The notes under the pieces are model-generated. The model made no database searches. It saw only the letters and a program-made list of their open reading frames with translations, and was not told the origin of the DNA. From Spirochaetota bacterium (GTDB lineage Bacteria > Spirochaetota > UBA4802 > UBA5550), in assembly GCA_050298055.1 (NCBI GenBank), contig JBNKTL010000025.1:1-64000 (forward strand): a stretch of DNA of 64,000 bases, read 5' to 3'. The position numbers and the translations under genes are program-made. Position 1 is the stretch's first letter; each line of letters begins with the position of its first letter. Shown here piece by piece: positions 39,299-49,518 of the stretch.

Positions 39299-40893
39299 CA
39301 TACCACGATCTTCCGTGGATAATCCGGCACAGGGAGGACAGGTGCACCCTCTGCGGGCAGTGTACTGCTGTCTGCCCTACGGGCGCTATCTATCTCACCT
39401 ACAGAAGGCAGCGTATGCCCCGGCTGGATATTTATAAAAATGAACAGGGTAACACCTACCGGACCTTCACGGGGATAAGACAGAAGACAGAAGTCGAACA
39501 CCGGTGTATCGGCTGCGGAACATGTTCAATGGTCTGTCCCAATGAAGCCATTACACCTGTAGCCAATAACAATATTGACAGGCAAAAGTTCCACATCTTC
39601 CAGAAAGGGGAAGCCTATAAACGGGGCGGAAGGAAAAATGACAGCAGGTCTCTTCTTGACAGGATCATCTTTTCGCGGATATCCATGCTTACCGACCCCG
39701 CTCTTGATGCCGGTCGTCATGAATTCCAGTTGAATACCATACTGGGAAGGATACTCTCCCCGGAGGAGTATCTCAGGCGGAAGGCAAAGGGGGAATGGAT
39801 ACCTCCCACACGGGAGATCTTTCCCTTTATTATCGGGTCCATGTCCTTTGGCGCCATGTCTCCCAACATGTGGCTGGGACTGTTGCAGGGTGTTGCTTAC
39901 TGCAACGAGGTGCTGGGTATTCCTGTTGTCATGGCAACCGGAGAGGGGGGGTGCCCGCCCTGGGTGCTCAGGAGCCCCTTCCTGAAATATATTATCCTCC
40001 AGATTGCCTCCGGTTATTTCGGATGGGACGAGATCATTCGGGCCATCCCGGAGATGCAGTGCGACCCGGCGGCCATCGAGATAAAATACGGGCAGGGAGC
40101 GAAACCGGGTGACGGCGGACTTCTCATGTGGTTCAAGGTGAGCAAGCTTATCGCGCGGCTTCGGGGCGTTCCCGAAGGAGTGGACCTTCCGTCGCCTCCT
40201 GTTCACCAGACGCTCTATTCCATCGAGGAGAGTGTTATGAAGATGATCCAGTCCCTCTCAATGGCATGGGGATTCAGGGTCCCTGTCTATCCGAAGATAT
40301 CGGGGTCCAACTCCGCCAAGGCGGTACTCAACAACCTGGTGAGAAATCCCTACGCGGGGGGCCTCCTCATCGACGGAGTGGACGGAGGAACCGGGGCCGC
40401 GTACAATGTGAGCATGGACTCAATGGGTTACCCCATCGCTTCCAACCTCAGGGAGTGTTACCTGGACCTTGTGGCCCAGGGTAAACAGAACGAGATCCCC
40501 CTCTTTGCCGCGGGAGGAGTTGGAAAGAACGGAAACGTCGCGCAGAACGGCATGGGCCTCATCATGCTGGGGGCCAGCGGTGTCCATATGGGGAAGTATA
40601 TGATGCAGGCCGCGGCCGGGTGTCTGGGCAGTGAAATGAACAGGTGTAATGTCTGTAACCTGGGTATCTGTCCCAAGGGGATCACCAGCCAGAACCCGAA
40701 GATCTACAGGCGCCTTGATCCCGATAAGGTCGCTGAGAGGGTGGTGGACACCTTCTCCGCCATCAGGACCGAGATGAAGAAGATCATGGCGCCCCTGGGA
40801 CGGTCTCAGTCTCTTCCCATCGGTATGAGTGACGCTATCGGTATTGATAACCGGGATGAAGCGGAAAGGCTGAATATCAGGTATATCTGCTAG
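39256..40893 (+). CDS. Ferredoxin + FMN-binding glutamate synthase domain (GltB domain 2-like)
   Basis: Two CxxCxxCxxxCP motifs, MSFGAMS, TGEGG, QIASGYFG, EIKYGQGAKPGDGG, GGTGAA, CNVCNLGICPKGITSQ. Confidence 0.9.
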   Translation: MVSIQPVTTEPSSLTYHDLPWIIRHREDRCTLCGQCTAVCPTGAIYLTYRRQRMPRLDIYKNEQGNTYRTFTGIRQKTEVEHRCIGCGTCSMVCPNEAITPVANNNIDRQKFHIFQKGEAYKRGGRKNDSRSLLDRIIFSRISMLTDPALDAGRHEFQLNTILGRILSPEEYLRRKAKGEWIPPTREIFPFIIGSMSFGAMSPNMWLGLLQGVAYCNEVLGIPVVMATGEGGCPPWVLRSPFLKYIILQIASGYFGWDEIIRAIPEMQCDPAAIEIKYGQGAKPGDGGLLMWFKVSKLIARLRGVPEGVDLPSPPVHQTLYSIEESVMKMIQSLSMAWGFRVPVYPKISGSNSAKAVLNNLVRNPYAGGLLIDGVDGGTGAAYNVSMDSMGYPIASNLRECYLDLVAQGKQNEIPLFAAGGVGKNGNVAQNGMGLIMLGASGVHMGKYMMQAAAGCLGSEMNRCNVCNLGICPKGITSQNPKIYRRLDPDKVAERVVDTFSAIRTEMKKIMAPLGRSQSLPIGMSDAIGIDNRDEAERLNIRYIC

Positions 40894-40947
40894 GGTTTTC
40901 AGGATATCAGGGAAAAAGAGAAGAATTGAATTACAGGAAGATATAAC

Positions 40948-43308
40948 GTGAAGCAGAAGAATAAAGCAGTTAAGGGAAAAGGAGCCGGTCCCGTTGTGAT
41001 CAGGGGCAATGATGAAAAAGGCAGAAGGATAAACTCCAAGGAATTCGAGGAGATGGTCCAGGACGCAATCAAGTCGTCAAACAACCTTGTTCTTGAAACA
41101 AACGGTCAGCATAATGTGGGCGGAAGGCTGAGACATGAGAGCGGCGAGGTCACTCTCAGGGTAAAAGGCCCCGTGGGCCAGAGGCTGGGATGCATGGGCC
41201 AGCCGGGGACATCCATTATCTGCGAGGGGAACGCTTCCGATGATGTGGGATATCTCAACATCGGTGCCGATATTGTCGTTCTCGGGGACGCCACAAACGG
41301 TGTCTGCAACGCCACGGCCCAGGGAAAGACCATGATAGGAGGCTCAATCGGCGCCAGGGGCCTGACCATGACAAAGTGGAACCCCGACTATGAAAAGCCC
41401 GAGCTCTGGGTCCTGGGCTCCGTGGGGGATACCTTTGCCGAGTTTAACTGCGGCGGCATCGGGGTCATCTGCGGCGTTGATCCGAAAAAGCCGGAAAATG
41501 TCCTGGGCTACCGTCCCTGCGTGGGGATGGTGGGAGGCACCATCTATTATCGGGGAAAGACCGATGACTCCTATTCACGGAACGACGTCTATTACCGAAG
41601 GCCCGATGATGAACAGTGGGCCTGGCTTGAAGAGAACATGCCCGGTTTCCTCAAATCAATTGATAGAAAGGACCTCCTGAAAGAACTCACCGTGAGGGAC
41701 CAGTGGCACATCCTTACCGCTATTCCTCCCCATGAGAAGTCCCTGATCCAGAGCGGGACCATGCCCATGGCGGAATTCAGAAACAAAATATGGGAACCTG
41801 CCTTCGGGGGAGACCCCCTCCGTGACCTCTCACCCGGCCTTGACAGGTCGCCCATCGGGTTTATTGTTTCCGGCGAACTGAGAAGAAAAAGACCCTACTG
41901 GGCAAACAGGGAGAGCGCGGCACCCTGTACATTCTACTGTCCCACGCATATTCCCACCGTGGACAGGCTCAGGCTCATCAGGGAGGGAAAAACAGAGGAG
42001 GCCTACAGGCTGGTCCTGAACTATACCCCCTTCCCCGCGTCTGTTTGCGGCGCCGTCTGTCCTAATCCCTGTATACAGAACTGTTCGAGACAGGGTGTGG
42101 ATGAAAGCATAGACATGTCCCTCCTGGGACGGGCAGCCCTTGACGCCCCCGCTCCCGAAACAAAGGAAGCTGTGGGGAAAAAGGTAGCCATTGTGGGCGG
42201 GGGTCCCGCGGGAATGAATGCCGCCTGGCAGCTGGCGCAGGAGGGGATAGAGGCCCATATCTTTGAAAAGGACAGCAAGCTGGGAGGGAAGCTGGCCCAG
42301 GTGATACCCTGGGAGAGGCTTCCCAAGGCCGCATGGGACGCGGAGATCCAGAGGTTTCTCAATATGCCCAATATCCACGTAAACCTCAACGTCTCCATGA
42401 CAAAGAAGAAGATGGCCGAGCTGAAGAAGGAGTTCGACTATGTGATGGTTGCCGCCGGTGCCCATGAGCCCAGGAGGATTTCCTTCCCCGGCTCGGAGAA
42501 GGTGATCTCCGGCCTTGACTTCCTTATCGCGGCAAAGAGCGATTCCCCCATGAAGGTGGGGAAGCAGGCTATTGTTATCGGTGCGGGTAACGCCGGATGC
42601 GATGTTGCCTGCGAGGCCTACAGGCTGGGCGCGGAAGAGGTGACCCTGGTTGACATCCAGAAGCCCCTTGCCTTCGGAAAGGAGAAGGAGGCCGCGGAGG
42701 CCCTGGGTGCCAAATTCAGGTGGCCGGTTTCCACAAAGGAGGTGACCGATGAGGGGCTGGTCCTGGCCGACGGCGAGGTGATACCCGCCCAGACGGTGTT
42801 TATCTCCATCGGTGATATTCCCAAGGTTGATTTTCTCCCCGACTCGGTGGAGACAATCAGGGGCTGGGTCAAGACCGATGAGGCGGGAAGGACCACCGAT
42901 GATAAAATTATCGCCATCGGTGACGTTGAGAGACCGGGTCTGGTGACAGACGCCCTGGGAAGCGGAAAGAACGCCGCTGAGTATCTCATCAGTGTTCTTA
43001 AAGGAACTGAGTGGAGACCCTTCAAACAACCGGTTGTGAACTACAGCGCCCTGACAATCGAACATTACTGCCCGGCTCCCTCTGAAGCGGGCGTCACGGA
43101 GCAGAAGGAAGCGGACAGGTGCCTGAGCTGCGGGTCGTGCCGGGACTGCCGTTTCTGTGAGACCATCTGTCCCACGGCGGCGATCTCACGGAGGGACCTG
43201 GAAACCGGCGGATACGAGTATGTTTCCGATGACGAGAAGTGCATTGCCTGCGGTTTCTGCGCGGACACCTGTCCCTGCGGGATCTGGGTCATGCAGCCTT
43301 ATGAGTAG
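40948..43308 (+). CDS. GltB domain 3 (GXGXG) fused to GltD-like FAD/NAD(P) oxidoreductase and ferredoxin
   Basis: Beta-helix GXGXG repeats, PCTFYCP..CGAVCPNPC, GGGPAG, GAGNAGCDVA, C-terminal CxxCxxCxxxCP motifs. Confidence 0.88.
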   Translation: MKQKNKAVKGKGAGPVVIRGNDEKGRRINSKEFEEMVQDAIKSSNNLVLETNGQHNVGGRLRHESGEVTLRVKGPVGQRLGCMGQPGTSIICEGNASDDVGYLNIGADIVVLGDATNGVCNATAQGKTMIGGSIGARGLTMTKWNPDYEKPELWVLGSVGDTFAEFNCGGIGVICGVDPKKPENVLGYRPCVGMVGGTIYYRGKTDDSYSRNDVYYRRPDDEQWAWLEENMPGFLKSIDRKDLLKELTVRDQWHILTAIPPHEKSLIQSGTMPMAEFRNKIWEPAFGGDPLRDLSPGLDRSPIGFIVSGELRRKRPYWANRESAAPCTFYCPTHIPTVDRLRLIREGKTEEAYRLVLNYTPFPASVCGAVCPNPCIQNCSRQGVDESIDMSLLGRAALDAPAPETKEAVGKKVAIVGGGPAGMNAAWQLAQEGIEAHIFEKDSKLGGKLAQVIPWERLPKAAWDAEIQRFLNMPNIHVNLNVSMTKKKMAELKKEFDYVMVAAGAHEPRRISFPGSEKVISGLDFLIAAKSDSPMKVGKQAIVIGAGNAGCDVACEAYRLGAEEVTLVDIQKPLAFGKEKEAAEALGAKFRWPVSTKEVTDEGLVLADGEVIPAQTVFISIGDIPKVDFLPDSVETIRGWVKTDEAGRTTDDKIIAIGDVERPGLVTDALGSGKNAAEYLISVLKGTEWRPFKQPVVNYSALTIEHYCPAPSEAGVTEQKEADRCLSCGSCRDCRFCETICPTAAISRRDLETGGYEYVSDDEKCIACGFCADTCPCGIWVMQPYE

Positions 43309-43314
43309 ATTATT

Positions 43315-43890
43315 TCAAATATTCTGGCTCCATTTTGCCAATCTCATTATTCCTTTGATGAGAATATTGAAACTTTTTGATTTATTAGTTCCATCTGTCT
43401 TCAAATGAGGACCGATTTCCCTTGAGCCGGAGATTTTTTGATATTTATTTTTAGTAAGTCTATATAATTCTTCTGACGCATTAGACAAATTATCAGGATT
43501 TCTATACTTTGATTTTAATTGTTGTTTTGAGAGTCCATTTATAGATAATCCTTTTTCAATAGCATCCAGGTCACCGAGGTAAAAACTTTCTAGCTCATGG
43601 CATGCGATTCGAACTAATGTTGAAGATTCTTTCCTGCTATTTTTTACTTTATCCAATAAATTATTTTTTATCGTTTTACAGTCCCCGGAATCTTGATCTC
43701 TCATTATCAGAAAGACTGAATTTGGTACTTGCCATAGTCTTAAACGTCGTTCTAATTGTTTTTCAAGGTTCTGTTTGCCTTCAAAAACGATAAACTTTGT
43801 CTGAATATCAGATGATATAATTTTTGGTAATATTCCTTTCAACATTTCTTTTGCTGAAGGTTCTTCTAAAAAAAAGATCATATTTTTCAT
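43315..43890 (-). CDS. DUF4276-like TOPRIM-fold protein
   Basis: FFLEEPS, RDQD (DxD), HELESFYLGD, YQKI..SKSF; coupled to the upstream ATPase. Confidence 0.78.
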   Translation of the reverse strand: MKNMIFFLEEPSAKEMLKGILPKIISSDIQTKFIVFEGKQNLEKQLERRLRLWQVPNSVFLIMRDQDSGDCKTIKNNLLDKVKNSRKESSTLVRIACHELESFYLGDLDAIEKGLSINGLSKQQLKSKYRNPDNLSNASEELYRLTKNKYQKISGSREIGPHLKTDGTNKSKSFNILIKGIMRLAKWSQNI

Positions 43891-45077
43891 TTGGGATCAA
43901 CCTCGCCAAAGAATCCCTGTTTCCATAAATAACCCATTTGGTCTCCCCCATCACTCATATAAGCAGCGATTTGTGGATCATCTTGAGCCCGTTTAATTCC
44001 TGTATAACCATTATCCTTTTCAAGCCAAAAGACTTCTTCAAGATTACATGCATTTAAAAAATCAGGAGAATGAGTTGAAACAAAAACTTGTCCTCCTCGA
44101 CTTGAGTAAGAACGAAATTCTTCAGAAAGCTCCCAAAGTAATTGAGGATATAATTGGTTTTCTGGTTCTTCTACACATAATAACGGATGAGGTTGAGGGT
44201 CATAAAGTAGTGTGAGATATGCCAACATTTTTATTGTTCCATCAGATACATATCGGGCCAAGAATGGATCTTCAAATGAACCATCTTGGAATTTAAGTAG
44301 AACACGCCCTTCTTCAGTTGTTTTTGATTCTACATTTGATATTCCGGGGATACGTTTTTTTAATAGGCTTAAAATTTTATTAAAAATTTCTTTATGATGT
44401 TTATGAAGATATTCAATAACTAACGATAAATTTTCACCTTCTCGTGATAAATGTTCAGCAAATCCTGCTTCTTGTTCAGGTCGTGCCTTACTAATATGAA
44501 AATCAGAAATATGCCAGTTCTCTATCAAGTTTCCAAGAGCCACTACTGCCGGAAAGCGTTCAAATTGGGCAAGGCCTTTAATTGCCAGTATATCATTTGA
44601 TTTTAATGTTTGTTCTTCTCTTTTCAGGTCTTTCACATCAGTCACAGATTCAACTTCATTTGTTACTGCCATTCCTTTACCATCTGAAAAATCAAGAAAA
44701 TGCCATGGTTGCCCTCCACTTCCCCGTCTATATTTTAAAATCTCTCTGTGAACATATGCTCTTCCCTGTTGTTCATTAAGTTGTATAAAATATGTAATTA
44801 GTGGGCTATCTGATTTATCTCTGAATTTTATTTCTATTTCAATCGGTCCTACAGATCCACGGCTGCGGACTTCATTGAAACCACGGCTTCCACCTAATTT
44901 CCCTAATGCTGTATTAACATTTCCCGTCATTGCTTCTCGCAAGAAACCAAATACAGAAAAAATTGTACTTTTACCACTACCATTTGCTCCAACGATAACA
45001 CAAAATCCGGGTACATCTCTCATTTCGGCATCTTTGAATGCCTTAAAATTTTTTAGATGAATAGATTCAATTTTCAT
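43887..45077 (-). CDS. ABC-type ATPase (AAA_21/AAA_15-like)
   Basis: IHLKNFKAF, GANGSGKS Walker A, SDGT signature, LCVEEPEN Walker B, STHSP. Confidence 0.9.
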   Translation of the reverse strand: MKIESIHLKNFKAFKDAEMRDVPGFCVIVGANGSGKSTIFSVFGFLREAMTGNVNTALGKLGGSRGFNEVRSRGSVGPIEIEIKFRDKSDSPLITYFIQLNEQQGRAYVHREILKYRRGSGGQPWHFLDFSDGKGMAVTNEVESVTDVKDLKREEQTLKSNDILAIKGLAQFERFPAVVALGNLIENWHISDFHISKARPEQEAGFAEHLSREGENLSLVIEYLHKHHKEIFNKILSLLKKRIPGISNVESKTTEEGRVLLKFQDGSFEDPFLARYVSDGTIKMLAYLTLLYDPQPHPLLCVEEPENQLYPQLLWELSEEFRSYSSRGGQVFVSTHSPDFLNACNLEEVFWLEKDNGYTGIKRAQDDPQIAAYMSDGGDQMGYLWKQGFFGEVDPK

Positions 45078-45350
45078 TATTTTCTCCTTATAGGAAAACC
45101 ATTCATTAGGAATAGTAAAATTAAGTTATTGGTCATAGGCAGAGAATCTCCTGTCAACAGAAAATTATTTTGCCTTAACTCTGCGTTTCTCCTTATAAAC
45201 CAGTCACACGGGAACAGATTCTTCGTATCCGCACATACCGCCAAAAAAAAGAAAATATCGTTAAATTATTGTAGACATCTATTCCGAAATATGCGATTTA
45301 CTCTTTCATAGGTTTTATACTTCCGGTGTGAGAAAAATCAGCTTCAGTGT

Positions 45351-45800
45351 TTGAAAATGGATAATCCCAATGAGGAGAATATTGTGACTGATCCAGAGAG
45401 TATTATTGAAAAAAACCAGGTGCTTAAAGAGCTCATGGGTATCCTTGAAGAAGTTCTGTCCATTCTTCCCTATGAAGTATATAGTATTCACCACAGGGTT
45501 AACTCAAGCAAAAACAATTTCGTTCTCGGGATCGGCGGTGTGGAAGATATCAGGGACATCGGTGATCTCTTTATGAGCATGCAGCTGGGTGAAGGGGCCG
45601 ACCATACAAAACCCGGCGCTTCGTTTTATATAAGGCGCAACAGGGAGAATGAAATACTGGACTCAAGCCATGATATTGACAGGATCAGAGGCATCTTTAA
45701 AAAGTTTGATATCAGTGACAAGAATTACACAATAAACTTTGATACGTATCTCGGTAATATTTCAATTATCCTGGATGCGGATGTTCTGAACTTCTCCTGA
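45351..45800 (+). CDS. Hypothetical protein
   Basis: 149-aa ORF filling the gap; no motif recognised. Confidence 0.65.
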   Translation: MKMDNPNEENIVTDPESIIEKNQVLKELMGILEEVLSILPYEVYSIHHRVNSSKNNFVLGIGGVEDIRDIGDLFMSMQLGEGADHTKPGASFYIRRNRENEILDSSHDIDRIRGIFKKFDISDKNYTINFDTYLGNISIILDADVLNFS

Positions 45801-45951
45801 AAAAGGCATCCCGATATTTAAAAATTCATTTCAATGACCGGCCGCATGCAGAAGATTTTCTGAACTGCATGTTTAAATAAAACCTTGATATAATTCCCCT
45901 CATAATAATAATTAATCTGAAAATGGAAGAATATTAATACCGGAGAGAAAT

Positions 45952-46998
45952 ATGCGGAAAGTCATTTTTGTTTTATTCAGTTTATTATTTATCAGCTGTA
46001 CGGAAACCATTCACCAGCAGATCAGAATGGGAGAAATTGAAAAGATCAATAATTATATTAAAGAGGGGAAGGACCTCAATAAAAAAAGTGAAATTACTGA
46101 TTTTACAAGAAAATCGATCTGGGACCATGGCCTGTACAAAGGTGACAGCCTCCTGAGAGTCGCCATCCGGACAAATAAATATGAAATTGTAAAAATGCTC
46201 ATTGATGCCGGTGCGGATTATAAAGAAAGGGCCCGCGGCAGTAATGAAAACTTTCTGGCTTTTGCGCATTATAAACGGGACCCGCGGATTATTAAACTGC
46301 TGATTGACAAAGGTCTTGATGTCAACGCCCGGGACAGGTTAGGGCACACGCCGCTTCTCAGCCACATACAGAGCAATAATGCCGCATGCGTTGAACTTCT
46401 CGTTAAGGCGGGGGTCAGGGTCAATTTAAAGGACTGGAAAGGCTGGCCCTATTTCGCCAGGGCGGCTTTAAACAGAAACGGAGTAAATGTAATGAAAATC
46501 CTTCTTGCCGCCGGGGCAAAAATTGATGCCGCCAATAAAATAGGAGAACAGGCAATACACTGGTCGGGGATGAAGGAAACACTTTTTCTTATCAGTAAAG
46601 GAGCAAAGGTCGACGCGGAAGACGCTTTTGGCCGGACACCCCTGCATCACAGGGCCGATGATGTCAACTCAAAGGATTATTTAAATATGATCAACCTGTT
46701 GCTTGACAAGGGAACCAATGTGAACCACAGGGACAAAGAGGGGGCGACCCCCCTTCATGTTGCGGCGGCAAAAGGAAATGTGAAAGGGATCAGCCTGCTT
46801 CTTAAAAGAGGAGCAAATGTTAACGCGCAGAATATCAATGGTAATACGCCGCTCCACATTGCCTATTTTTCTAAAAGGCCGTCTTCGATAAAATCTGTGC
46901 TTATTCTCGGAGGAGCGGACCAGTCCATTAAAAACAAAAATGGGAGAACCCCCAAGGAGATAATAAAATTATTACGAAGAAGATATTATAGAAGGTAA
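45952..46998 (+). CDS. Ankyrin-repeat lipoprotein
   Basis: Lipobox-like LLFISC; multiple GxTPLH..LL.KGANVN repeats. Confidence 0.9.
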   Translation: MRKVIFVLFSLLFISCTETIHQQIRMGEIEKINNYIKEGKDLNKKSEITDFTRKSIWDHGLYKGDSLLRVAIRTNKYEIVKMLIDAGADYKERARGSNENFLAFAHYKRDPRIIKLLIDKGLDVNARDRLGHTPLLSHIQSNNAACVELLVKAGVRVNLKDWKGWPYFARAALNRNGVNVMKILLAAGAKIDAANKIGEQAIHWSGMKETLFLISKGAKVDAEDAFGRTPLHHRADDVNSKDYLNMINLLLDKGTNVNHRDKEGATPLHVAAAKGNVKGISLLLKRGANVNAQNINGNTPLHIAYFSKRPSSIKSVLILGGADQSIKNKNGRTPKEIIKLLRRRYYRR

Positions 46999-47019
46999 AA
47001 ACCATAGTGGGAACCGGTT

Positions 47020-48357
47020 TTATTCTGCTCCGGCCTTAACCAGCAGGGAGCGGATCTCCTGTATCTTTTTTTTCTCTTTTTCATCATAGATCCCGGAACT
47101 GGTTCCAATATGATCCACAAGTCCCAGGGGTGAATAAACTTTCCCGTAGAGGCCGGGGGTGCTTCCCGGGAGGTTCGGGTTGGCACCATTCTTTAAAAGC
47201 AGCCTGACCATTTCCGGAGATCTTTTTAAGACGGATACAATAAGGGGTGTCCTCTGAAATTTATCTTTTACATCGGGACGGGCACCTTTTTCTATAAGAA
47301 GTCTCATGACTTTGAGATTGGATGCGGTGGCGGCCTCAACCAGAGGTTTTGCCTCCTCTTCCGGGAGTCCGCCGGGGGGTAATCCCCGTTCCATAATAAA
47401 TTTTACAAGCTCATATGCCCGGGGATGGGGGCGAAAATTGTCCTCCATGCGGGCAGCAATGCTCAGGATCGACTCCCCGTACATGTTGATGGTCCTTAAA
47501 TTCACTTTATGCCCCATGAGCAGTTTAAAAATATCCGGATGCTCTCTGGCGGAATAGAGAACATTGTTTCCCTCCCCGGTGAGGATATGGGGATCGGCCC
47601 CTTTTTCCAGGAGAAACTCCACTGTTTTTCTGTCCCCTTTTTCCGCGGCCAGCATGAGGGGGGTGCGGGGTTTGAAGTCCATCCCCATGAGATTTATATC
47701 CGCCCCCGACTCAACAAGAAATTTTGTGGCTTCAAAATGACCGCCGGTGACGGCCAGGTGGAGAGGGGCCAGGGACTTGTTGGTCTTCCTGTTTATCAGC
47801 TCCCTGTTGTCCCGGATGAGGGTTCTTAAGCTGTTCAGGTCACCGTCCCGTGCCGCCTCATGAACTGGGAAAAATTTTTCTTTCGGGTCAGGCCGGCCAT
47901 TGGGACTCCAGGCCGGGACTCTTATATAGTCATTGGAAATTACCAGAAAGAGGCACACAAAAGAGACAGGAATACTTAAAAGAAAGGGGCTCTTTATTGC
48001 TTGAGTGCTGAGAAAAGAGAGCCCCCCGTAAAGGAGCAAAAAGAGGATAACCAGGGAAGGAAAAAAGGTCAGTGCGTGAAGCAGCCTGTCAGAATCGGCG
48101 ATCTCTCCGGGAAAATTGTGGAAGTATATGGTCAACCGGGAATCCAGGAACCGCTCCCTGTATCCTGAAAGGGAATATTCAAAGATCTCAATGATGATAC
48201 CTGCAAGGATAAAAAGGCCGATTATCCAGAACCGGCCGCTTTTCCCGGAAAGCATCTGAAAGGAGATAAGGATGCCTGCCAGGGGGATGATCACCGCAGG
48301 TCTCAGGATAAATTTAACTGCGGTTAAAAAAAACACAGCGACGATATAATCAATCAT
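47020..48357 (-). CDS. Membrane-anchored ankyrin-repeat protein
   Basis: About four N-terminal TM segments, then PLHLAV/TPLMLAA/TPLIVS ankyrin repeats. Confidence 0.9.
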   Translation of the reverse strand: MIDYIVAVFFLTAVKFILRPAVIIPLAGILISFQMLSGKSGRFWIIGLFILAGIIIEIFEYSLSGYRERFLDSRLTIYFHNFPGEIADSDRLLHALTFFPSLVILFLLLYGGLSFLSTQAIKSPFLLSIPVSFVCLFLVISNDYIRVPAWSPNGRPDPKEKFFPVHEAARDGDLNSLRTLIRDNRELINRKTNKSLAPLHLAVTGGHFEATKFLVESGADINLMGMDFKPRTPLMLAAEKGDRKTVEFLLEKGADPHILTGEGNNVLYSAREHPDIFKLLMGHKVNLRTINMYGESILSIAARMEDNFRPHPRAYELVKFIMERGLPPGGLPEEEAKPLVEAATASNLKVMRLLIEKGARPDVKDKFQRTPLIVSVLKRSPEMVRLLLKNGANPNLPGSTPGLYGKVYSPLGLVDHIGTSSGIYDEKEKKKIQEIRSLLVKAGAE

Positions 48358-48441
48358 GGGGACCTCAATATTCTTTTTTCTTTCCCGGGTGAAAGACTTT
48401 TTTCATAATTACAGGGTACTCTGAGAATGCAATGAATTTTA

Positions 48442-48540
48442 GTAACGACTTTTCCGTATGTCTAAAAAATAAACATTTAATGAAATAACAGCCATGTGTC
48501 CTCACTGCGGTGGATGCTGAGCAGCAGGGAATTTTAATTA
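48442..48540 (+). mobile_element. MITE-like repeat copy 5 (highly decayed)
   Basis: GTAACGACT 52 bp before ATGTGTCCTCACTGC..GCAGCAGGGAATTTTAATTAT, a transition-rich version of the hairpin at the family spacing. Confidence 0.5.
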
Positions 48541-48621
48541 TTTGTTGCTGAAATACTCATGAAATGTTATTAACGGATATTAAATGTGCTTCAAAGAGAA
48601 TTTTGAAGGTGGTTTATCTAA

Positions 48622-49506
48622 ATGGATAATCATATGAAAACAAAAGATATACGTGTTGAGTGTTCTGAAAAGAGTGTAAAAATAAACGGTACAGAAATTT
48701 CATTCCCTCTGCACATGAACACCCTTGTTAAGCTCTTCGGGGACCCTTCCCTGATGCAGCATGACCTTCTCTGGAACGTGGCATGGGATGATTACGGAAT
48801 CTGGACCGACTATGGAACAGCGGACAATATCCTCAATATTAACTTTCTCATTAAAGAAACGGACCGGTTCACCTATCTGCCCCAAAAACTTTTCCCGGGC
48901 AGTTTTCTTATTAATGGCAGGGACTTCTCCGAGCTGGAAGAAGATGAATGTTTCCTCAAAAAGAACCATGCGCGAAAGATACGGTACAGGGGCGAGGGTG
49001 AAGTCCTGGGATTTGCCCTTGGGCAGAACTTCGATTACAAAGAAGATATCCCTCCGGACAAATACCGTATTGAAAAAGAATCCGGGGAGGTTATTCTCTT
49101 TAAGGATTTTAATTTTAAACTGGCGGTGATACAGGTGCTGATGTATGAGAAGGAGCTCCTGAAGCCGAAATTTGACCTCTCTGAGTTTGTCAAGTGGTAT
49201 GATAAGCGGAAGATCGATCCGGATAAGGAGGGTTATGAGTTGATCCCCGAGGTGACCCAATACTTCAAAGATCTGCCCATCCCCAAAAAACTGGCAGGTG
49301 AAATTACCGAAATTTACCAGGACGGAGGGGATGAGATCTATCTCAATATGCTTCCCGGTGGTTCCGGGTCGGAGGATTATTTTGATATCCGGACCGCAGA
49401 AGATGCCGGGCACTTTCCCCGTCTGAAAAAAGCCACGATCTGTTATGCGAAAGAAAACGTGATTGACGAGTTGAAAGAGATGGGCATTGAAGCCGAATGG
49501 CTGTAA
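48622..49506 (+). CDS. Acidic hypothetical protein, DUF6892-like C-terminus (possible immunity-type protein)
   Basis: FKDFNFKLAVIQVLMY..DGGDEIY..FDI..FPRLKK, recognised from memory. Confidence 0.65.
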   Translation: MDNHMKTKDIRVECSEKSVKINGTEISFPLHMNTLVKLFGDPSLMQHDLLWNVAWDDYGIWTDYGTADNILNINFLIKETDRFTYLPQKLFPGSFLINGRDFSELEEDECFLKKNHARKIRYRGEGEVLGFALGQNFDYKEDIPPDKYRIEKESGEVILFKDFNFKLAVIQVLMYEKELLKPKFDLSEFVKWYDKRKIDPDKEGYELIPEVTQYFKDLPIPKKLAGEITEIYQDGGDEIYLNMLPGGSGSEDYFDIRTAEDAGHFPRLKKATICYAKENVIDELKEMGIEAEWL

Positions 49507-49518
49507 GAGAGGGGAATT

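Noticed and set aside
41830..43065. Long antisense ORFs (411 aa here; also 33123-34190, 33254-34153, 39526-40206, 48700-49413)
   Set aside because: Shadows of well-supported genes on the opposite strand; no motifs of their own
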